Shown: piece after piece, positions 39,601 through 52,144 of the stretch | How positions within the stretch are numbered: position 1 is the first letter of the stretch | How the letters are laid out: every line of letters begins with the position of its first letter | NCBI RefSeq assembly: GCF_009914755.1 | Contig: NC_060933.1 | Source: the human T2T-CHM13v2.0 reference genome, Homo sapiens | Length of the DNA: 64,000 nt | Strand: one strand, 5' to 3' | Position numbers and translations under genes: made by a program | Notes under the pieces: generated by a model | Seen by the model: the letters and a program-made list of their open reading frames with translations, nothing else | Databases searched by the model: none | What the model was told of the DNA's origin: nothing

Positions 39601-42600
39601 TTCCATTCCATTCCATTACATTCGGATTGATTGTACTCAATTCCCTTACACTCCATTTCATTCCATTCCATTCGGGTTGTTTCCATACCATTCCATTCCA
39701 TTTTATTCCATTTCGTTCCATTCCATTCTATTCGGTACCATTCCATTCCATTCCATTCCATTCCATTCCATGCCATTCCACTTGGGTTGATTCCCTTCCT
39801 TTCCATTCCATTCGGGTTGAATCCATTCCATTCCATTCCATTCCATTCCATTCCATTCCATTCCTTTCCATTCCATTGCACACGGGTTGATTCCATTCCA
39901 TTCCTTTCTGTTCCATTCCGGATGACTCAATTCCATTGCATTCCATTCCATTCCATTCCCCTGCCCTCGGGTTCATTACATTCCATTCCATTTACTTCCA
40001 ATCCATTCCATTCCATTGAATTCCATTCTATTCGGGTTAATTCCATTCCATTCCATTCCATTCCATTCCATTCCATTCCATTGCAATCGAGTTGATTCCA
40101 TTCCATTCCATTCAATTCCATATGATTCCATTCCATTGCCTTCAATTCCATTCCATTCCCCTGCACTCGGGTTGATTCCATTCCATTCCATTCCATTCCA
40201 TTCCATTCCCTTCCATTCCATTTCATTCCATTCCATTTCGTTCCATTCCATTCTATTCCGTTCCATTCCATTCCATTCCATTCCATTCCATTCCATACCT
40301 TTCCATTCTATTCGGTTTAATTCCATTCCATTCCATTCCATTCCATTCCATTCCATTCCATTCCGTTCCATTCAATTCCATTACATTCGGATTGATTCTT
40401 TTTAATTCCCTTACACTCCATTACATTCTATTCCATTCGGGTAGTTTCCATACCATTCCATTCCATTCCACTGCATTCTATTGCACTCGGGTTGATTGAT
40501 TCCATTCCATTGCATTCCATTCCATTCCATTCCATTCCGGATGATTCGATTTCATTGCATTCCATTGCATTCCATTCCCCTGTACTGGGGTTGATCCCAT
40601 TCCATTGCATTCCATTCCATTCCATTCCATTCCATTCCATTCCGCTCCGTTCCGTTCCATTCCCTTCCATTCTGTTCAGGTTAATTCCATTCCATTCCAT
40701 TCCATTCCATTCCATTCCATTCCATTCCATTCCATGCCATTCCACTCGGGTTGATTCCATTCCTTTCCATTCCATTCGAGTTGAAACCATTCCATTCCAT
40801 TCCATTCCATTCAATTCCATTCCATTCCATTCCACTCGGGTTGATTCCATTCCTTTCCATTCCATTCGGGTTGAAACCATTCCATTCCATTCCATTCCTT
40901 TCGATTCCATTCCATTTCACTCGGGTTGATCCCATTCCATTGCATTCCATTCCATTCCATTGCATTCCATTCCGTTCCATTCCATTCCATTACATTCGTA
41001 TTGATTCTATTCAATTCCCTTACTCTCCATTACATTCCATTCCATTCGGGTTGTTTCCATTCCATTCCATTCCATTCCACTCCATTGCCTTGCAATCGGG
41101 TTGATTCCATTCCATTCCATTGCATTCCATTCCATTCCATTCCATTCCGTATGATTCCATCCCATTGCATTCCATTCCATTCCATTCCCCTGCTCTCGGG
41201 TGGATTCCACTCTATTCCATTCCATTCCATTCCATTCCACTCCATTCCATTCCATTCTATTCGGGTTAATTTCATTCCATTCCATTCCATTCCCTTCCAT
41301 TCCATTCTATTCCATTCCATTCCATTCCATTCCATTCTAGTAGGGTGAATTCCATTCCATTCCATTCCATTCCATTCCATTCCATTCCATTCCATTGCAA
41401 TCGAGTTGATTCCATTCCATTCCATTCCATTCCATTCCATTCCATTCAATTCCATTGAACTCGGGTTGATTCCATTCCATTCCATGCCATTCCATTTCAT
41501 TCCATTCAATTCCATTCCATTCCATTCCATTCCATTCCATTCCTTTCCGTTCTATTCAATTACATTCGAATTGATTCTATTCAATTCCCTTACACTCCAA
41601 TACATTCTATTCCATTCGTGTTGTTTCCATTCTATTCCATTCCATTCCATTCCATTCCATTCCATTCCTTTCCGTTCTATTCAATTACATTCGGATTGAT
41701 TCTATTCAATTCCCTTACACTCCAATATATTCTATTCCATTCGTGTAGTTTCCATTCTATTCCATTCCATTCCAGTCCATTCCATTGCACTCTGGTTGAT
41801 TCCATTCCATTCCCTTCCATTCCGTATGACTCCATTCCATTTCATTCCATTGCATTGCTTTCCCCGGCACTCGAGTTGATTACATTCCATTCCATTCCCT
41901 TCCTTTCCGTTCCATTCCATTCTATTCGGGTTAATTCCATTCCATTCCATTACATTCCATTCCCTTCCATTCCATTCCATTCCATTCCATTCCATTCCAT
42001 TCTATTCGGGTTAATTCCATTCCATTCCATTCCATTCCATTCCATTCCATTCCATTCCATTCCATTCCATTGCAATCGAGTTGATTCCATTCCATTCCAT
42101 TCCATTCCATTCCATTCCATTCCGTTCCATTCCATTCCATTACATTCGGATTGATTCTTTTTAATTCCCTTACACTCCATTCCATTCCATTCCATTCGGG
42201 TACTTTCCATTCCATTCCATTCCATTCCACTGCATTCTATTGCACTCGGGTTCATTGATTCCATTCCATTGCATTCCATTCCATTCCATTCCCCTGCACT
42301 CGGGTTGATCCCATTGCATTGCATTCCATTCCATTCCATTCCATTCCATTCCGTTCCATTCCATTCCATTCCATTCTGTTCAGGTTAATTCCATTCCATT
42401 CAAGTCCCTTCCATTCCGTTCCATTCCATTCCATTCCATTCTGTTCATGTTAATTCCATTCCATTCCATTCCCTTCCATTCCATTCCATTCCATTCCATC
42501 CCATTGCAATCTAGTTGATTCCATTGCATTCCATTCCATTCCATTCCATTCCATTGCAATCCATTCCATTCCATTCACCTGCACTCAGATTGATTCCATT

Positions 42601-42687
42601 CCATCCCATTCCATTCCATTCCGTTCCATTACATTCCATTCCATTCTATTCGCGTTAATTCCATTCCATTCCATTCCATTACATTCC
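21639..42687 (+). repeat. Recent large tandem duplication, copy B (about 21.0 kb; lacks 335 bp of A and has about 5.2 kb absent from A)
   Basis: 21645 onward matches 5450 onward, and 42687 backward matches 21644 backward. The junction is CATTCC at 21639-21644. Confidence 0.92.
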
Positions 42688-45600
42688 ATTGCAATCGAGT
42701 TGATTCCATTCCATTCCGTTCCATTCCATTCCATTCCATTCCATTTCGTTCCATTCCATTTTATTCTGTACCATTCCATTCCATTCCATTCCATTCCATT
42801 CCATTCCATGCCATTCCACTCAGGTTTATTACATTCCTTTCCATTCCATTCGGGTTGAATCCATTCCATTCCATTCCCTTCCATTCCATTCCATTCCATT
42901 CCTTTGCACTCGGGTTGATTCCATTCCATTCCCTGCCATTCCATTTCATTCCATTCCATTCCATTCCATTCCATTCCATTCCGTTCCGTTCCATTCCATT
43001 CCATTACATTCGGATTGATTGTATTCAATTCCCTTAAACTCCATTACATTCCATTCCATTCGGGTTGTTTCCGTTCCATTACATTCCATTCCACTCCATT
43101 CCATTGCACTCAGGTTGATTCCATTCCATTCCATTCCATTCCATTCCATTGCATTCCATTCCATTCCATTTTGTTCCATTCCATTCTATTCCGTACCATT
43201 CCATTCCATTCCATTCCATTCCATGCCATTCCACTCGGGTTGATTCCATTCCTTTCCATTCCATTCGGGTTGAATCCATTCCATTCCATTCCATTGCATT
43301 CCGTTCCATTCCATTCCCCTGCAATCGGGTGGATTCCATTCTATTCCATTCCATTCCATTCATTCCATTCCATTCCATTCCATTTCGTTCCATTCCATTC
43401 TATTCCGTAGCTTTCCATTCCATTGCATTCCATTCCATTCCATGCCATGGCATTCCACTCGGGTTGATTCCATTCCTTTCCATTCCATTCTAGTTGAATC
43501 CATTCCATTTCATTCTATTCCATTCGATTCCATTCAATTGCACACGGGTTCATTCCATTCCATTCCATTCCATTCCATTCCATTCCGTTCCATTCCATTC
43601 CATTTCGTTCCATTCCATTCTATTCCGTACCATTCCCTTCCATTCCATTCCATTCCACTCCGTTCCATGCCATTCCACTCGGGTTTATTCCATTCCTTTC
43701 CATTCCATTCGGGTTGAATCCATTCCATTCCATTCCATTCCATTCCATTCCATTCCATTCCATTCCATTCCATGCCATTCCACTCGGGTTGATTCCATTC
43801 CTTTCCATTCCATTCGAGTTGAACCCATTCCATTCCATTCCATTCCATTCCATTCTATTCCATTGCTCACGGGTTCATTCCATTCCATTCCATTCCATTC
43901 CATTCCATTTCGTTCCATTCCATTCTACTCCGCACCATTCCATTCCATTCCATTCCCTTCCATGCCATTTCACTCGGGATTATTCCTTTCCTTTCCATTC
44001 CATTCGGGTTGAATCCATTCCATTCCATTCCATTGCATTCCATTCCATTCCATTCCCCTGTAATCGGGTGGATTCCATTCTATTCCATTCCATTCAATTC
44101 CATTACATTCCATTCCATTCCATTCCATTCCATTTCGTTCCATTCCATTCTATTCCGTACCTTTCCATTCCATTCCATTCCATTCCATTCCATGCCATTC
44201 CACTCGGGTTGATTCCATTGCTTTCCATTCCATTTGGGTTGAATCTAATCCATTCCATTCGATTCCATTCCATTCCATTCCATTACTTTCGATTCCATTC
44301 CATTGCACTCGGGTTGAACCCATTCCATTGGATTCCATTCCATTCCATTGCATTCCATTCCGTTCCATTCCATTCCATTACATTCGTATTGATTCTATTC
44401 AATTCCCTTACACTCCATTCCATTCCATTCCATTCCATTCGTGTTGTTTCCATTCCATTCCATTCCATTCCACTCCATTCCATTGCAATCGGGTTGATTC
44501 CATTCCATTCCATTCCATTCCATTCCGTAAGATTCCATTCCATTGCATTCCATTCCATTCCATTCCCCTGCACTCGGGTGGATTCCATTCTATTCCATTC
44601 CATTCCATTCCACTCTATTCCATTCCATTCCATTCCATTCCATTCCATTCCATTCTATTCGGGTTAATTTCATTCCATTCCATTCCATTCCATTCCATTC
44701 CATTCCATTCCATTCCATTGCAATCGAGTTGATTCCATTCCATTCCATTCCATTCCATTCAATTCCGGATGATTGCATTCCATTGCCTTCCATTCCATTC
44801 CATTCCCCTGCACTCGGGTTGATTCCATTCCATTCCTTTCCATTCCATTCCATTCCATTCCATTCCATTCCATTCCATTTCGTTTCATTCCGTTCTATTC
44901 CGTACCATTCCATTCCGTTCCATTCCATTTCATTCCATTCCATTCCATGCCATTCCACTCGGGTTGATTCCATTCCTTTCCATTCCATTCGACTTGAATC
45001 CATTCCATTCCATTCCATTGCATTCGATTCCATTCCATTGCACACGGGTTCATTCCATTCCATTCCATTCCTTTCCATTCCATTCCATTGCACACGGGTT
45101 CATTCCATTCCATTCCATTCCATTACATTACATTCCATTTCGTTCCATTCCATTCTATTCCGTACCATTCCATTCCATTCCATTCCATTCCATTCCATTC
45201 CACTCCATTCCATGCCATTCCACTCGGGTTTATTCCATTCCTTTCCATTCCATTCGGGTTGAATCCATTCCATTCCATTCCATTCCATTCCATTCCATTC
45301 AATTCCATTACATAGCACTCGGGTTGATTCCATTGCATTCCATTCCATTCCATTGCATTCCATTCCATTCCATTCCATTCCATTCCATTCCATTGCATTC
45401 CATTCCATGCCATTCCACTCGGGTTGATTCCATTCCTTTCCATTCCATTCGAGTTGAACCCATTCCATTCCATTCCATTCCATTCCATTCCATTCCATTG
45501 CAATCGAATTGATTCCATTCCATTCCATTCCATTCCATTCCATTCCATTCCATTCCATTCCATGCCATTCCACTCGGGTTGATTCCATTGCTTTCCATTC

Positions 45601-48600
45601 GATTTGGGTTGAATCCAATCCATTCCATTCCATTCAATTCCATTCCTTTCCATTGCACTAGGTTTGATTCCATTCCACAGCATTCCATTCCATTCCATTC
45701 CATTCCATTGCATTCCATTCCATTTCATTCCATTCCATTCCATTCCATTCCACTCGGGATGATTCCATTCCTTTCCATTCCATTCGGGTTGAAACCATTC
45801 CATTCCATTCCATTCCTTTCGATTCCATTCCATTACACTCGAGTTGATCCCATTCCATTGCATTGCATTCCATTCCATTGCATTCCATTCCGTTCCATTC
45901 CATTCCATTACATTCGTATTGATTCTATTCAATTCCCTTACTCTCCATTACATTCCATTCCATTCGGGTTGTTTCCATTCCATTCCATTCCATTCCACTC
46001 CATTCCATTGCAATCGAGTTGATTCCATTCCATTCCATTCCATTCCATTCCATTCCGTATGATTCCATTCCATTGTATTCCATTCCATTCCATTCCCCTG
46101 CACTCGGGTGGATTCCATTCTATTCCATTCCATTCCATTCCATTCCATTCCATTCCATTCCATTCCATTCCATTCCACTCCACTCCATGCCATTCCACTC
46201 GGGTTTAATCCATTCCTTTCCATTCCATTCGGGTTGAATCCATTCCATTCCATTCCATTCCACTCAATTCCATTACATTGCACTCGGGTTGATTCCATTC
46301 CATTCCATTCCATTCCATTCCATTCCATTCCATTCCATTCCATTTCGTTCTTTTTCATTCTATTCCGTACCATTCCATTCCATTCCTTTGCATTCCATGC
46401 CATTCCACTCGGGTTTATTCCATTCATTTTCATTCCATTCGGGTTGAATCCATTCCATTCCATTCCATTCCATTCCATTCCATTCCATTCCATTGCACTA
46501 GGTTTGATTCCATTCCACTGCATTCCATTCCATTCCATTCCATTCCATTCCGTTCCATTCCATTCCATTACATTCGGTTTGATTGTATTCAATTCCCTTA
46601 CACTCCATTTCATTCCATTCCATTCAGGTTGTTTCCATTCCATTCCAATCCATTCCACTCCATTCCATTGCACTCGGGTTGATTGCATTCCATTCCATTC
46701 CACTCTACTCCATTTCTTTCCATTCCATTCTATTCGGTAGCATTCCATTCCATTCCATTCCAATCCATTCCATTCCATGCCATTCCACTTGGGTTGATTC
46801 CCTTCCTTTCCATTCCATTCGGGTTGAATCCATTCCATACCATTGCATTCCATTCCATTCCTTTCAATTCCATTGCACACGGGTTGGTTCCATTCCATTC
46901 CTTTCCGTTCCATTCCGGATGACTCCATTCCATTTCATTCCATTCCATTCCATTCCCCTGCACTCGGGTTCATTACCTTCCATTCCATTTACTTCCATTC
47001 CATTCCATTCCATTCTATTCGGGTTAATTCCATTCCATTCCATTGCATTCCATTCCATTCCATTCCATTCCATTCCATTCCATTCCATTCCATTCCATTC
47101 CATTGCAATCGAGTTGATTCCATTCCATTCCATTCAATTCCGGATGATTCCATTCCATTGCCTTCAATTCCATTCCATTCCCCTGCACTCGGTTTGATTC
47201 CATTCCATTCCATTCCATTCCATTCCATTCCATTCCATTCCATTTCGTTCCATTCCATTCTATTCCGTACCATTCCATTCTATTCCATTCCATTCCATTC
47301 CACTCCACTCTATGCCATTCCACTCGGGTTTATTCCATTCCTTTCCATTCCATTCGGGTTGAATCCATTCCATTCCATTCCATTCCATTCGATTCCATTA
47401 CATTGCACTCGGGTTGATTCCATTGCATTCCATTCCATTACATTCCACTGCATTCCATTCCATTCCATTCCCCTGCACTCAGGTTGATTCCATTCGATTC
47501 CTTTCCATTCCATTCCATTCGGGTTGTTTCCATTCCATTCCATTCCATTCCACTCCATTCCATTGCAATCGGGTTGATTCCATTCCATTCCATTGCATTC
47601 AATTCCATTCCATTCCATTCCATTCCATTCCGTATGATTCCATTCCATTGCATTCCATTCCATTCCATTCCCCTGCACTCGGTTGGGTTACATTCTATTC
47701 CATTCCATTCTATTCCATTCCATTCCATTCCATTCCATTCTATTCGGGTTAATTTCATTCCATTCCATTCCATTCCCTTCCATTCCATTCCATTCCATTC
47801 CATTCCATTCCATTCCATTCCATTGAAATCGAGTTGATTCCATTCCATTCCATTCCATTCCATTCCATTCCATTCCATTCTATTCGGGTTAATTCCATTC
47901 CATTCCATTCCATTCCATTCCCTTCCATTCCATTCCATTCCATTCCATTCCATTCTATTAGGGTTAATTCCATTCCATTCCATTCCATTCCATTCCATTC
48001 CATTCCACTCCATTCCATGCCATTCCACTCGGGTTTATTCCATTCCTTTCCTATCCATTTGGGTTGAATCCATTCCATTCCATTCCATTCCATTCCATTC
48101 CATTCCATTCCATTCCATGCCATTGCACTCGGGTTGATTCCATTCCTTTCCATTCCATTCGAATTGAACCCATTCCATTCCATTCCATTCCATTCCATTC
48201 CATTGCTCACGGGTTCATTCCATTCCATTCCATTCCATTCCATTCCATTCCATTTCGTTCCATTACATTCTACTCCGTACCATTCCATTCCATTCCATTC
48301 CCTTCCTTTCCATGCCATTTCACTCGGGTTTATTCCATTCCTTTCCATTCCATTCGGGTTGAATCCATTCCATTCCATTCCATTCCATTCCATTCCATTC
48401 CATTCCATTGCGCTCGGGTTGATTCCATTCCATTCTATGCCATTCCATTTCATTCCATTCCATTCCATTCCATTCCATTCCATTCCATTCCTTTCCTTTC
48501 AATTCCATTCCATTCCATTCGGATTGATTCTTTTTAATTCCCTTACACTCCATTACATTCCATTCCATTCGGGTACTTTCCATTCCATTCCATTCCATTC

Positions 48601-51157
48601 CACTGCATTCTATTGCACTCGCGTTGATTGATTCCATTCCATTGCATTCCATTCCATTCCATTCCATTCCATTCCATTCCATTCCATTCCATTCCATTCC
48701 ATTCTGTTCAGGTTAATTCCATTCCATTCCATTCCCTTCCATTCCATTCCATTCCATTCCATCCCATTGCAATCGAGGTGATTCCATTGCATTCCATTCC
48801 ATTCCATTCCATTGCATTCCATTCCATTCCATTCCCCTGCACTCAGATTGATTCCATTCCATTCCTTTCCATTCCATTCCGTTCCATTCCTTTCCATTCC
48901 ATTCTATTTGCGTTAATTCCGTTCCATTCCATTCCATTACATTCCTTTGCAATCGAGTTCATTCCATTCCATTCCGTTCCATTCCATTCCATTCCATTCC
49001 ATTCCATGCCATTCCACTCAGGTTGATTCCATTCCTTTCCATTCCATTCGAGTTGAATCCATTCCATTCCATTCCATTCCATTGGATTCCATTCAATTGC
49101 TCACGTGTTCAATCCATTCCATTCCATTCCATTCCATTCCATTCCATTCCATTTCGTTCCATTCCATTCTCTTCCGTAGTATTCCATTCCATTCCATTCC
49201 ACTCCATTCCATGCCATTCCACTCGGGTTTATTCCATTCCTTTCCATTCCATTCGGGTTGAATTCATTCAATTCCATTCCATTCCATTCCATTCAATTCC
49301 ATTACATTGCACTCGGGTTGATTCCATTCCATTCCATTCCATTTCAATCCATTCCCTTCCATTCCATTTCATTCCATTCCATTCCATTCCATTCCATTCC
49401 ATTCCATTCCATTCCATTCCTTTCCATTCCATTCCATGCCATTCCACTCGGGTTGATTCCATTCCTTTCCATTCCATTCTAGTTGAACCCATTCCATTCC
49501 ATTCCATTCCATTCCATTCCATTCCATTCCATTCCATTCCATTGCACACGGGTTCATTCCATTCCATTCCATTCCATTCCATTCCATTCCATTCCATTCC
49601 ATTCCATTTCGTTCCATTCCATTCTATTCCTTACCATTCCATTCCATTCCATTCCCTTCCATGCCATTTCACTCGGGTTTATTCCATTCCTTTCCATTCC
49701 ATTCGGGTTGAATCCATTCCATTCCATTCCATTCCATTCCATTGAACTCAGGTTGATTCCATTCCATTCCATGCCATTCCATTTCATTCCATTCCATTCC
49801 ATTCCATTCCATTCCATTCCATTCCGTTCCCTTCCATTCCATTACATTCGGATTGATTCTTTTTAATTCCCTTACACTCCATTACATTCCATTCCATTCG
49901 GGTACTTTCCATTCCATTCCATTCCATTCCACTGCATTCTATTGCACTCGGGTTGATTGATTCCATTCCATTGCATTCCATTCCATTCCATTCCCCTGCA
50001 CTCGGGTTGATCCCATTCCATTGCATTCCATTCCATTCCATTCCATTCCATTCCGTTCCATTCCATTCCATTCCATTCTCTTCAGCTTAATTCCATTCCA
50101 TTCCATTCCCTTCCATTCCGTTCCGTTCCATTCCATTCCATTCTGTTCAGGTTAATTCCATTCCATTCCATTCCCTTCCATTCCATTCCATTCCATTCCA
50201 TCCCATTGCAATCTAGTTGATTCCATTGCATTCCATTCCATTCCATTCCATTCCATTGCATTCCATTCCATTCCATTCCCCTGCACTCAGATTGATTCCA
50301 TTCCATCCCATTCCATTCCATTCCGTTCCATTACATTCCATTCCATTCTATTCGCGTTAATTCCATTCCATTCCATTCCATTACATTCCATTGCAATCGA
50401 GTTGATTCCATTCCATTCCGTTCCATTCCATTCCATTCCATTCCATTTCATTCCATTCCATTCTATTCTGTACCATTCCATTCCATTCCATTCCATTCCA
50501 TTCCATACCATTCCATGCCATTCCACTCGGGTTGATTCCATTGCTTTCCATTCCATTTGGGTTGAATCCAATCCATTCCATTCCATTCCATTCCATTCCA
50601 TTCCATTTCATTCCATTCCATTCCATTCCATTCCATTGCACTAGGTTTCATTCCATTGCACTGCATTCCATTCCATTCCATTCCGTTCCGTTCCATTCCA
50701 TTACATTCGGATTGATTGTATTCAATTCCCTTACACTCCATTACATTCCATTCCATTCGGGTTGTTTCCATTCCATTACATTCCATTCCACTCCATTCCA
50801 TTGCACTCAGGTTGATTCCATTCCATTCCATTCCATTCCATTCCATTTCTTTCCATTCCATTCTATTCCATACCATTCCATTCCATTCCATTCCATTCCA
50901 TTCCATGCGATTCCACTCAGGTTTATTCCATTCCTTTCCATTCCATTCGGGTTGAATCCATTCCATTCCATTCCATTCCATTCCATTCCATTCCATTCCT
51001 TTGCACTCGGGTTGATTCCATTCCATTCCCTGCCATTCCATTTCATTCCATTCCATTCCATTCCATTCCATTCCATTCCCTTCCATTCCATTCCACTGCA
51101 TTCTATTGCACTCGGGTTGATTGATTCCATTCCATTGCATTCCATTCCATTGCATTC

Positions 51158-51527
51158 CATTCCATTCCATTCTGTTCAGGTTAATTCCATTCCATTCCAT
51201 TCCCTTCCATTCCATTCCATTCCATTCCATCCCATTGCAATCGAGGTGATTCCATTGCATTCCATTCCATTCCATTCCATTGCATTCCATTCCATTGCAT
51301 TCCCCTGCACTCAGATTCATTCCATTCCATTCCTTTCCATTCCATTCCATTCTGTTCAGGTTAATTCCATTCCATTCCATTCCCTTCCATTCCATTCCAT
51401 TCCATTCCATCCCATTGCAATCGAGGTGATTCCATTGCATTCCATTCCATTCCATTCCATTGCATTCCATTCCATTGCATTCCCCTGCACTCAGATTGAT
51501 TCCATTCCATTCCTTTCCATTCCATTC
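51158..51527 (+). repeat. Near-perfect 180-bp tandem duplication
   Basis: Lines 51181-51300 are identical to 51361-51480. One mismatch is seen (agattc at 51318 vs agattg at 51498). Confidence 0.93.
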
Positions 51528-52140
51528 CGTTCCATTCCTTTCCATTCGATTCTATTTGCGTTAATTCCGTTCCATTCCATTCCATTACATTCCTTTGCAA
51601 TCGAGTTGATTCCATTCCATTCCGTTCCATTCCATTCCATTCCATTCCATGCCATTCCACTCGGGTTGATTCCATTCCTTTCCATTCCATTCGAGTTGAA
51701 TCCATTCCATTCCATTCTATTCCATTCGATTCCATTCAATTGCTCACGTGTTCATTCCATTCCATTCCATTCCATTCCATTCCATTCCATTCCATTTCGT
51801 TCCATTCCATTCTCTTCCGTAGTATTCCATTCCATTCCATTCCACTCCATTCCATGCCATTCCACTCGGGTTTATTCCATTCCTTTCCATTCCATTCTGG
51901 TTGAATTCATTCCATTCCATTCCATTCCATTCCATTCCATTGAATTCCATTACATTGCACTCGGGTTGATTCCATTCCATTCCATTCCATTTCAATCCAT
52001 TCCCTTCCATTCCATTTCATTCCATTCCTTTTCATTCCATTCCATTCCATTCCATTCCATGCCATTCCACTCGGGTTGATTCCATTCCTTTCCATTCCAT
52101 TCTAGTTGAACCCATTCCATTCCATTCCATTCCATTGCAC

Positions 52141-52144
52141 ACGG
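52141..52144. other. Inversion (strand-switch) breakpoint with 2-4 bp microhomology, GG or ACGG
   Basis: The sequence is ...ccattgcac|ACGG|aatggaatgg.... The left word cattgcacacgggttcattcc (intact paralog at 49541-49560) is cut after acgg, with no inserted bases. Confidence 0.95.

Larger units (their letters stand above)
1..52144 (+). repeat. C-rich-orientation HSat3 arm, (CATTC)n on +
   Basis: The + strand reads ccattccatt throughout, up to ...tccattgcacacgg at 52144. Confidence 0.97.
48700..52144 (+). repeat. ~2.6-kb-offset local duplication (48700-49560 vs 51350-52144)
   Basis: Shared rare words include aatcgaggtg, ctatttgcgttaattccgtt, cttccgtagtattcc (49171 and 51814) and ttctagttgaaccc. 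Confidence 0.85.
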
